IMG/VR virus record: IMGVR_UViG_3300040810_000656
Coordinates: 32,993-96,992 of that record
Strand: one strand, 5' to 3'
From: a virus
Length of the DNA stretch: 64,000 bases
Under the pieces are notes generated by a model that did no database searches, was not told the origin of the DNA, and saw only the letters and a program-made list of their open reading frames with translations. This document shows positions 56,669 through 64,000 of the stretch, one piece after another; the stretch's first letter is position 1, and each line of letters begins with the position of its first letter. The position numbers were made by a program, and so were the translations under genes.

Positions 56669-56887
56669 TTAATAGTGTTCTTCAGTCTCAAACAAGAACA
56701 TTTTATCAAAACACTCTCCACAAATACCACTAACTAAAATTTCTCTTTCAGTGGCAGTATTATTTGACAGAAGATCTTGAATAAGACCAGAACCACTTCT
56801 CCATGCTTGATATGCATCTAAATCAACAGAAATAACATAACAAGTTTTACATATTTTGCATTCTTTTGTAAGAGTCATAGTTTTCAT
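56669..56887 (-). CDS. Small zinc-finger protein
   Basis: CKIC...EREILVSGICGECFD. Confidence 0.6.
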   Translation of the reverse strand: MKTMTLTKECKICKTCYVISVDLDAYQAWRSGSGLIQDLLSNNTATEREILVSGICGECFDKMFLFETEEHY

Positions 56888-57039
56888 TCTGAATTATCCT
56901 GTTTTATTGCCTGCTTAATTTTCTTTTCCGCACTTTTTATGGCTTTAGACGCCACAGCAGCAACATCATAATTTTTCCTATATGCAGTTATAGAATCAAG
57001 CACACGCCAAGCTTCGTTCTTTGTCAAATGAATTTCCAT
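56884..57039 (-). CDS. Small hypothetical protein, 51 aa, absent from the ORF track
   Basis: MEIHLTKNEAWRVLDSI...; AAGGA upstream; ATGA overlap. Confidence 0.5.
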   Translation of the reverse strand: MEIHLTKNEAWRVLDSITAYRKNYDVAAVASKAIKSAEKKIKQAIKQDNSE

Positions 57040-57052
57040 AATATTTTAATCC

Positions 57053-57766
57053 TTAAAAAACATCTAGTAAGCTCCAGTTAACGTCTCTAGTGGCACGAAT
57101 ATTTTTGAGTATAAATTCTTTCATTTTATCTCCTTCTTTTGAGTTATTATACTCGGAATAAAGTTTATCAGACGATATAGATTTAAAAGATGGTATATTC
57201 CTGCCTATTGGGAAAAACGAATTTACTCTTATAAATGAGAGCCAAATAAATGTCTCTAGATCGTCATTGAGATCCCAGTATTCAGGCAATTTTTCTTTTA
57301 TGCACATAGCGAGTGCTGTAACATATATTTTAAATTCAAACATGCCAGCAACGGCATCTGTTTTTTCTAGTGATAGTCCACTAAAATTATCTCTAACAGC
57401 ACACATACCCCCGAGAAGATAACAGTTTAATTCTTCTAAAATATATAGAGGTTCATTATTCCAGTGACGAAGCTGGTCATTAAAATACAGTTTGTATCTT
57501 ATACCACGAAGATTTTTTGGAACATATTTAGAAACAGCCTCTATGGTAGTTTTGGGTTGGTTTATAATAACAGCTTGATTGTTCAAGAAATAAAATCCAT
57601 TGCTGCCTGGATATTTAGACCTTAATTCGCTGCTTATATAGTGAGAAGTTTCATGGACATTAGTATAGCGACTTTCACGAGTCTCTGGTTTTTTGGAATG
57701 AGCTATAACGTCTTCATACACAGAATTATAATCAAACTTATTAGACGTTTTATATTCTATAAACAT
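57053..57766 (-). CDS. Putative zincin metallopeptidase
   Basis: VHETSH (HExxH); downstream LEELNCY possible third ligand. Confidence 0.5.
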   Translation of the reverse strand: MFIEYKTSNKFDYNSVYEDVIAHSKKPETRESRYTNVHETSHYISSELRSKYPGSNGFYFLNNQAVIINQPKTTIEAVSKYVPKNLRGIRYKLYFNDQLRHWNNEPLYILEELNCYLLGGMCAVRDNFSGLSLEKTDAVAGMFEFKIYVTALAMCIKEKLPEYWDLNDDLETFIWLSFIRVNSFFPIGRNIPSFKSISSDKLYSEYNNSKEGDKMKEFILKNIRATRDVNWSLLDVF

Positions 57767-57774
57767 TGTGATTT

Positions 57775-57978
57775 CTATGGCTTGTGTTCAAGTTTTAATT
57801 GTTGTGAGGGCGGCGGATTGATTATATCTACAATCATTATTGACAAAGCTTTATTTTCTAGAGTGTTTGTTAGTTTGATTTCTTTATTGACAATTTTTTG
57901 GATCGTCTCACATATCTTACTACACTCTTGGTTATTGTCAAGTCTAATTATCATAAATTTTTTCTTCTTCCCACGCAC
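57775..57978 (-). CDS. Hypothetical protein
   Basis: Small ORF. Confidence 0.4.
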   Translation of the reverse strand: MRGKKKKFMIIRLDNNQECSKICETIQKIVNKEIKLTNTLENKALSIMIVDIINPPPSQQLKLEHKP

Positions 57979-58579
57979 TAAGCGTATGCTTAAAAGGCCG
58001 TCCTTCTATATTATGAACTAAAGCAAGCATTTCTTGAGCAATTTCTTTAATCTCTTTTTGAGCATGTTCAGAATTCCGCAGCTTCTGAAAGTTAGCAAAA
58101 CTCCTCATGTTAAAACTAACATCTGCTTGAATCTGGCTGTTATAAGTTTTAAAGAATCTTGCTGATTCTTTAGCCCTTTTTCTTCCAAGAGCATCTGTTA
58201 ATTCTTCTACACATTGATGATATAAAGTATTGCCTAGCTTGGTATATTCCTGTAGCTTATCTTGCCAATTAGAATTCCAATCTGCTGGTAGATAATATTT
58301 ATCCTCTTTTAGTTCTTTATAGCGGGCCGACTCAGCGTTAAGGGAGCTAATTCGATGTTTAAGTAGATGAATATGACTAGCAATATCGCAATCAACAAGA
58401 AAGTGAACCATTCCTTTTTCAAATGGGGTTTCATGACCGTTACTCCAGAGCATGTTAATAAGATTAGGAATCCGTTGTTTTTTTTCATCAGTTAAATCGC
58501 GGCTGGTGCTAGTCCATGCGGAACATGCTATAATTTCGTCAGACCCATAATATCCTAATAGTTTTACCGTATTCTTCAT
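57944..58579 (-). CDS. thyX: Flavin-dependent thymidylate synthase
   Basis: GHETPFE; HLLKHR-x7-SARY; KESARFF; NMRSFANF..LR; HAQKEI. Confidence 0.93.
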   Translation of the reverse strand: MKNTVKLLGYYGSDEIIACSAWTSTSRDLTDEKKQRIPNLINMLWSNGHETPFEKGMVHFLVDCDIASHIHLLKHRISSLNAESARYKELKEDKYYLPADWNSNWQDKLQEYTKLGNTLYHQCVEELTDALGRKRAKESARFFKTYNSQIQADVSFNMRSFANFQKLRNSEHAQKEIKEIAQEMLALVHNIEGRPFKHTLSAWEEEKIYDN

Positions 58580-59964
58580 GTCTCACTTATGTCTCCGAGT
58601 ATTTCAACTTTTTCACCATAAACCGCAAGTTTGTCATCAATGTAATCTCTTACTTCTTTAAGATTTACCCATGTTCCTATTCCTGCTCCACCCGATGTAA
58701 TTGGATGAGAAAATACAAATCTATTTTTATAAAGGAAGCACTGTGGGCTACCACTATCACCAGGAATGGCATCCTTATACTTAGATCTAAATACTGGATG
58801 TTCTGGTACTACCACTATCACACGACTTGGCATTCTAGGATATGGTGTGATGAACGAAACAGCACTTACACACGCCCTATCACGCTGATCAAGCCACACT
58901 GTTGGTATGTTTTCCATCGGCAAGAAAGGAGATGGAGGACCGTAAACCGCTAATTGTGGGCATTGTTTCTCCCAATCTTTATTTAGAAATAATACTGGAT
59001 TAGCACCTTGTACTGGTTCTTTTAGCCTAACTAAAACTAAGTCTCCATAATTCACTAGACCTGCATCACGATGTTCTACAATGCCCTCTTGACCATTCCA
59101 GAATACAACCTTCTTACCAACTGGCGGCATGTAGTGGTAAGCATACATCATGTGTCTTGGACTAATGAGAATGCCACCCTGACTACTTCTAGTATGACAT
59201 GACATATCAATGCCGTCAAGCCAATTATCTGGATCATTAGCAATTCTGTCGTGGACACTGTTGAAGAATTCTTTTTCCCACTTGCTTGGTTCTACTGTTG
59301 GAACAGCCTGACCACCATCTAAAAGCTCCCAACCATAATCAATCAATTCCTGTCTCATGCCAGCATAATATGGACTATACTTAGAATCTCCCATATCTAC
59401 ATCTTGCATTGGAGCTGGAAGGGTTCCAGCTTGCATTTGATTCCATAGACTTTCAATAAATTGATCGTAGTATGCTTGCCTCATAGAGCATCCACCACTC
59501 ATAAAGTTTCTCATCGCATCTGGTGAACGTGCTGACGAAAAATCCCAAGACTGTGGACCATTACCACTGTAGTTCTTAGCACCCCAGAAACATTGACGAA
59601 AATCAGTTGTATTTGAAGTATCTAAACCATATAGACTAAAACGCATATTTTCACATGACTTAAACATAGCCGCCATGCTTCTGTTCTTAGAGTTATCCCA
59701 TTTTGGTGCATGGCTTAAATTCTTGCAACCAGAGAAAAACCCAGCATAATTAACCCAATCTCTTTCTGTTGGTAGGATTTCTATTGTTAAGTTAATATCA
59801 CTATTGAGAAAGAAGTTAACAAATTTCTGGTTTTTTGGTGCGTCAATAATTAGTTTTGTGCAGTCTTTTGATAAGTCACTTTGTTTAAAGTTTTCACCAA
59901 AACGATTTAGTGGTTCTTCATTTTTTTGAAAATACATTGTTGTTACTGATGATGTATACGGCAT
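58576..59964 (-). CDS. DUF285/BspA-like repeat domain fused to a trypsin-like serine protease
   Basis: SMAAMFKSC/LDTSNTTDFRQCF/WDFSS repeats; GILISPRHMMYAYHY (His); GDLVLVRL (Asp); PGDSGSP (Ser). Confidence 0.72.
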   Translation of the reverse strand: MPYTSSVTTMYFQKNEEPLNRFGENFKQSDLSKDCTKLIIDAPKNQKFVNFFLNSDINLTIEILPTERDWVNYAGFFSGCKNLSHAPKWDNSKNRSMAAMFKSCENMRFSLYGLDTSNTTDFRQCFWGAKNYSGNGPQSWDFSSARSPDAMRNFMSGGCSMRQAYYDQFIESLWNQMQAGTLPAPMQDVDMGDSKYSPYYAGMRQELIDYGWELLDGGQAVPTVEPSKWEKEFFNSVHDRIANDPDNWLDGIDMSCHTRSSQGGILISPRHMMYAYHYMPPVGKKVVFWNGQEGIVEHRDAGLVNYGDLVLVRLKEPVQGANPVLFLNKDWEKQCPQLAVYGPPSPFLPMENIPTVWLDQRDRACVSAVSFITPYPRMPSRVIVVVPEHPVFRSKYKDAIPGDSGSPQCFLYKNRFVFSHPITSGGAGIGTWVNLKEVRDYIDDKLAVYGEKVEILGDISET

Positions 59965-59997
59965 TGTCTATACTCCTATTTTGTATTGCTACAGGTA

Positions 59998-60414
59998 TTA
60001 CTCGCCAATAGGTTCTAGCTGTTCAAGAGTGGGGTAATCATATTCCCAAGGTTTCCAATTTATCTTTGTAATATATCCACGAACAACAACTCTCTCGTCA
60101 TCAGCAAAGTATTCATAATCTGCCATATATTGTTCATCACTAATCATGGCATCTTCAAGTATTTTAAAATTAGTAGCATGTGGTGGTAATCCAAGAAATA
60201 TTCTAGACCTTCCTATGTTTATTAGAAATTCCTTTACCTCATCATTATACTCAACAGGCCAAAATATATTTTTAATTGACTGCTGAACAATTGGAGCTTT
60301 ATTTCCCCAGTATGTAGAATGAGCAATAAAACCAATAGAAACACCCATGAAAACAAGAAGTAACTCGTAGAATATTGTTCTTGCTACTGTTTTAGTTATC
60401 AGTTTTTTGCTCAT
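59998..60414 (-). CDS. Single-TM membrane protein
   Basis: IFYELLLVFMGVSIGFIA. Confidence 0.6.
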   Translation of the reverse strand: MSKKLITKTVARTIFYELLLVFMGVSIGFIAHSTYWGNKAPIVQQSIKNIFWPVEYNDEVKEFLINIGRSRIFLGLPPHATNFKILEDAMISDEQYMADYEYFADDERVVVRGYITKINWKPWEYDYPTLEQLEPIGE

Positions 60415-60703
60415 TATTTTCCTCTATAGAATCAATTAAAGATGTAGCCAGAATAAACATATATTGCTCGCACTGATTAGGGGTTAATTCGTATCCTTTT
60501 TCTGCAAAATTCATTCTTACTTTAAGCAAACCTTGTCTGTCTTGTTTGACTAATCTCCATAAGTAATCTGTGGTTTCAAGATCTGCTTCAGAGATCATGT
60601 TTAAATAATTTACATAAACTTTATATGCTAATTCTATTTCAATCGGCTCATAAAAAGAAAAAACCAACATTAATTCTAATTCTTCTTTAGGCGTAATTGA
60701 CAT
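60392..60703 (-). CDS. Hypothetical protein
   Basis: AAGGAGG RBS. Confidence 0.6.
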   Translation of the reverse strand: MSITPKEELELMLVFSFYEPIEIELAYKVYVNYLNMISEADLETTDYLWRLVKQDRQGLLKVRMNFAEKGYELTPNQCEQYMFILATSLIDSIEENNEQKTDN

Positions 60704-60719
60704 GATGAATCCTCCTTAA

Positions 60720-60732
60720 TATAATTTACACA
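60720..60732 (-). promoter_or_regulatory. Candidate late promoter TGTGTAAATTATA
   Basis: Copy of the TGTGTAWATWNTA motif just upstream of AAGGAGG. Confidence 0.55.
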
Positions 60733-60778
60733 TTAGTCCTTATATGTATTTAGAAAAATGTGTGGTTATATTGGATTA

Positions 60779-61222
60779 CTAATATATCAATTTATATTCA
60801 ACGCATTCTACTCCAGCATCATTTAATAAAGATTTTGAGTCTTCCAAGTTGCTTTTCCATCTATTATCGACGCATTCAAAAGATACGACACGCTTAATTC
60901 CAGCTTGAATTACCATGCTTGTGCAGTTAGTGCATGGCAAGAATGGATAAGTGTAGACAGTACAGTCTTTTACAGAGCTATTGGCGGTGAGTATAGCATT
61001 TGTTTCAGCATGAATAATATACTTATACTTTTCATCTCTGTTATTTAGAATGTAATCATAATCCGGCACTTGAGCCGGAAGCCCATTGTAGCCAAGAGAT
61101 ACCACCTTTTTATTGCTGTCAACAATCACAGAACCAACTTTAGTGGATGGGTCTTTACTCCATTTGGAAACTAATTGGGCCATATCTAAAAATCTAATGT
61201 CCCATTTCATTCTATCGTTCAT
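60779..61222 (-). CDS. dCMP deaminase
   Basis: SKDPSTKVG; LGYNG; HAETNAI; PCTNC. Confidence 0.93.
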   Translation of the reverse strand: MNDRMKWDIRFLDMAQLVSKWSKDPSTKVGSVIVDSNKKVVSLGYNGLPAQVPDYDYILNNRDEKYKYIIHAETNAILTANSSVKDCTVYTYPFLPCTNCTSMVIQAGIKRVVSFECVDNRWKSNLEDSKSLLNDAGVECVEYKLIY

Positions 61223-61243
61223 TTGCTTGGCCTTTCTGCTTTT

Positions 61244-61270
61244 ATCACTCGTACTATATCAGGCTAGACA
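61244..61270 (-). promoter_or_regulatory. 27-bp regulatory repeat, copy 2
   Basis: TGTCTAGCCTGATATAGTACGAGTGAT; 24/27 identical to 47786-47812. Confidence 0.65.
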
Positions 61271-61306
61271 ACCTACTCCCCGCGATTGAGGAATAGGTTA
61301 TCTAGC
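61263..61306 (-). terminator. Long RNA hairpin after rIIB (terminator or processing site)
   Basis: GCTAGATAACCTATTCC...GGAGTAGGTTGTCTAGC with G-U pairs; no U-tract. Confidence 0.55.
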
Positions 61307-61311
61307 ATAGA

Positions 61312-62145
61312 TTATATATTATTATAATGACACTTTTCACAGCGGTCATCACAGAAGTCTTCATCTCCTTCGTGCTGACACCAGCAATCCGGCTCGCCAC
61401 AGTCCTCATAGTAGTCGTCCACAACCGCAGGCAGTAGATCGCCATCATACTCGCCAACTACTTCATAGCCACAGCACCGTACCTTCTGGTGAGCAGAATC
61501 AAGCGGTACGCTGACAACATCGGCAGGATGAACCTTACAGATAATAACCTTATCTCCAGGGCCACCGTATGACTTCACATAGTCAATTGCACCAACGTGA
61601 AGACCATGTGAGCATCCTACATCGCAGTTATCATCTACGCGACGACGAGAAACACGGGGAGATTCACCAACAGCATTGTTAATTGTACCAGAATACTTAT
61701 CCATAAAGTCTGGAGTAACAGCCTTGTATGCCAGGAAATAACCATCTGGAGTGATAGGTAGAAACTTATGCTGTAGGAAAGTATAAAGCTCATTGATAGC
61801 TCGATTAGATGGATTCTCATATAGCTTTTGCAGAAAATTAAGCATTGGCTTTACTTCAAATCCTTCTTTGAGCATCTCAACAATACGATTGGTAATAACA
61901 TCGTGAATCACTTCAGTTTCACCATCAACATCGTATGTCAACACGCCTTCGGCAAACTTGAAATTTCCCGCTGACCAATCTTCGATAGTTGTTCCAACTT
62001 CAAAAAGTCTTAGAAATTCAACTTGATCATCTGATCGAAGACAGTCTACAAGACCCATATATTCAGCGTGAGTACTGTCAAACTGATGAGCCTTGTTGTC
62101 AATGATAACGGTATACTGGTTCTTAGCGTCCTTAATGAAATTCAT
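61312..62145 (-). CDS. rIIB: rIIB-like protein
   Basis: PITPDGYFLAYKAV; VDDN...CSHGLHVG; KVHPADVVSVP; KVRCCGYEVV. Confidence 0.9.
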   Translation of the reverse strand: MNFIKDAKNQYTVIIDNKAHQFDSTHAEYMGLVDCLRSDDQVEFLRLFEVGTTIEDWSAGNFKFAEGVLTYDVDGETEVIHDVITNRIVEMLKEGFEVKPMLNFLQKLYENPSNRAINELYTFLQHKFLPITPDGYFLAYKAVTPDFMDKYSGTINNAVGESPRVSRRRVDDNCDVGCSHGLHVGAIDYVKSYGGPGDKVIICKVHPADVVSVPLDSAHQKVRCCGYEVVGEYDGDLLPAVVDDYYEDCGEPDCWCQHEGDEDFCDDRCEKCHYNNI

Positions 62146-62158
62146 TCGTCTTTTCTCC

Positions 62159-62485
62159 TTATAGATATTTAGTATCAAACTTACGCACAGGATTGCTCAT
62201 ATCTTCAAACTTACCATTATTATAAACTACATGGAAGCTTTTGTCAATAGAATATTTTTCATAAAGACAATGCTCGGCTTCTCTGGCACACCATATATTA
62301 ATTCTGAAATGATTATCCCACAGATGAATAGCCTCAGTTTTATAGTGGAAAGGAACATAACCAACCCAATCATCAACTTCATGTGGAGGAATCGTTTTTT
62401 CTGTACTTCTGCCACGATTTGGAGCTAGGTCTTCATTTCTATACTCTGAAGTTTCTTTTTTCTTGCTTATTCTTTTTTTCGCCAT
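62159..62485 (-). CDS. Hypothetical protein between rIIA and rIIB
   Basis: AAGGAG RBS; own sigma-70 promoter; start moved to MAKKR. Confidence 0.6.
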   Translation of the reverse strand: MAKKRISKKKETSEYRNEDLAPNRGRSTEKTIPPHEVDDWVGYVPFHYKTEAIHLWDNHFRINIWCAREAEHCLYEKYSIDKSFHVVYNNGKFEDMSNPVRKFDTKYL

Positions 62486-62519
62486 TATGTGTCTCCTTGA
62501 TTTTTTGATTACCCTGTAT

Positions 62520-62547
62520 ATTATACGGACCTGAATGGGCATGTCAA
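62520..62547 (-). promoter_or_regulatory. Consensus sigma-70 promoter overlapping the rIIA stop codon
   Basis: TTGACA-N16-TATAAT. Confidence 0.75.
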
Positions 62548-63998
62548 GCCCGATTCAGATAATCCGCGAGCACATTTCTGCCCTTCTTACTGTCTTTCCC
62601 ATAAGAAAGCTCGAAAAACTCCAGCATTGGGTGCTTGGCAAGGACTGCTTCCATAGCCTTGTCAATACCATTGTCTTCCTTGATCTCCCATCCGAAAGCC
62701 GCAGCAACCATTCTGAGGTTCTGATTCTTTACAGTTCCGAGAGCATCATTCTTGTCAAAGAAAGTCTGGACAGTATCGCAGTTGACAGTATGTCCAGCCT
62801 TTCTCATGCCAACCAGTTCTTCACGAATGTTTCTGTAATCATAAGTAGAAAGATCAGCGTCAAACACGGTATCCTCAACCATCCTCTTGTAGCATCTTTC
62901 CATGTAGTCTTCAAGACTAATCCAGTTACCAGTCTTGAATGCTTTCGTCTTAGTGTGAGCATTCTTAACACCATAGACTGTGATACCAAGACCATGAGCA
63001 AGCCTAACCTGATTTATACTAGCATCTTCCACATGGTAGCGTGAGATCTTAACATAAACCTTTTCCGTAGTGGGAAGATCATCAGCTTCATCCCAATTAT
63101 TTTGATTCTTCCATGACTCTCTACCATTGAAAACTAGCACACTGCTTGTAGTCTGATAACTACGCCCACTGGAAGTAGTACGCTCAATCTTTGGCAGTGT
63201 ATCAAGATCTTGCAGCAAAGAAACATCAATCTTAGTTTCCTTGATCTGCTCGTCTGTCAGCAGCACAATACTCTTGCCAGTACCCTTCAGATACTCCTTG
63301 ATCCTCGTACCAAATCGTGGCTTGTGACGGAAGTATTCAACCTTATTGAATGGCAGAGAGTGTGTTTCGCCCCTGTCAACGGACTGAGAACGTCGCCACG
63401 AACTACCATTGTAGTAATACTCCATAGGGGTGCTGGTACGTGGCAGATCAAACTTAGCCAAATCGCTGGTAGTAACACCTGGGCAGTTTGACATTTCTTC
63501 AGCCTTCTTAGCACGAAGATAAGCAGTTGGTTCAGAGTTAATAGTGGCTAGTGCCGCATCCTTTAGCGTACCCTTAACCTTTTCACACTTTACCTTGATT
63601 GCATCAATAGTCTTGTCATCAAGGGAAAGAGATTCTCGTCCAGCGTCAAACGAGATTTCTCCCATGTTAAACTTCAAGTGCCCAGTGACGTTTGGAACGT
63701 TAATACTGCTTGGGATTTCATAGGCAACACCACCCATAACTGCTGAGAGGCTGCTCCATCCACCCCAACGCTCTACAACAACATCATCAGTTTCCACCTT
63801 GATATTGTTCTTACGCTCAATAATAGACTGCATAACATGAGTCTTATTGATGTTTGGGACAGTATTAAAGTAAAAGTAAACATGTTCTGCTTCTTGAGCG
63901 AATTCATCAATGTGTCGGTCTTCAATAGCCATTGAAACTTCAACACCATTATGCTCGTCAGTATCTTCAGTTGTAAGCAAAGCGACCTGTGGCTCACC
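62544..63998 (-). CDS. rIIA: rIIA-like protein, 5'-truncated at the window edge
   Basis: TDEHNGVEVS (end of GHKL-type ATPase domain); AVMGGVAYEI; FNMGEISFDAGRESLSLD; upstream of rIIB. Confidence 0.85.
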   Translation of the reverse strand, partial: GEPQVALLTTEDTDEHNGVEVSMAIEDRHIDEFAQEAEHVYFYFNTVPNINKTHVMQSIIERKNNIKVETDDVVVERWGGWSSLSAVMGGVAYEIPSSINVPNVTGHLKFNMGEISFDAGRESLSLDDKTIDAIKVKCEKVKGTLKDAALATINSEPTAYLRAKKAEEMSNCPGVTTSDLAKFDLPRTSTPMEYYYNGSSWRRSQSVDRGETHSLPFNKVEYFRHKPRFGTRIKEYLKGTGKSIVLLTDEQIKETKIDVSLLQDLDTLPKIERTTSSGRSYQTTSSVLVFNGRESWKNQNNWDEADDLPTTEKVYVKISRYHVEDASINQVRLAHGLGITVYGVKNAHTKTKAFKTGNWISLEDYMERCYKRMVEDTVFDADLSTYDYRNIREELVGMRKAGHTVNCDTVQTFFDKNDALGTVKNQNLRMVAAAFGWEIKEDNGIDKAMEAVLAKHPMLEFFELSYGKDSKKGRNVLADYLNRA

Positions 63999-64000
63999 AT

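Noticed and set aside
62535-63044. 169-aa plus-strand ORF and the other short antisense or alternate-frame ORFs in the track
   Set aside because: Shadows of well-supported minus-strand genes, with no RBS or motifs
1-64000. Alternative genetic code (stop-codon reassignment)
   Set aside because: Conserved genes translate full-length in code 11 and TAA, TAG and TGA all end genes at expected positions
1-64000. Cellular chromosome or integrated prophage
   Set aside because: rIIA/rIIB, dNMP kinase, single-strand overlapping gene layout and absence of ribosomal or housekeeping operons indicate a phage; no integrase or att duplication is seen at the tRNA or tmRNA

Overview
AT-rich, densely coding 64-kb segment of a large tailed dsDNA phage. 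Nearly all genes are on the minus strand; one plus-strand gene at the left edge converges on a bidirectional terminator. The host is probably in the Planctomycetota, because the phage carries two planctomycete-signature families: a DUF1559 prepilin-type protein and a Tat-exported DUF1501 protein. Contents: (1) replication/recombination: DnaE split into two genes with a DnaQ exonuclease gene between them, DnaB, DnaG, RecA, Cas4/RecB-like nuclease, putative annealase, two SSBs; (2) nucleotide metabolism: class II RNR, dUTPase, ThyX, dCMP deaminase, dNMP kinase, plus PhoH; (3) about 25 glycan-building genes in three blocks plus GDP-fucose synthase, including GT2/GT4/GT25/GT32/GT47-like transferases, methyltransferases, a sulfotransferase and a nucleotidyltransferase; (4) a membrane-protein/lipoprotein cluster headed by a papain-like protease whose catalytic Cys is the +1 residue of a LAGLIDADG intein; (5) a sigma-70-family factor, a tmRNA (tag GETHLALAA), tRNA-Thr(UGU) and rIIA/rIIB; (6) three candidate promoter classes. 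All protein calls are from motif recognition by eye; no database search was run.
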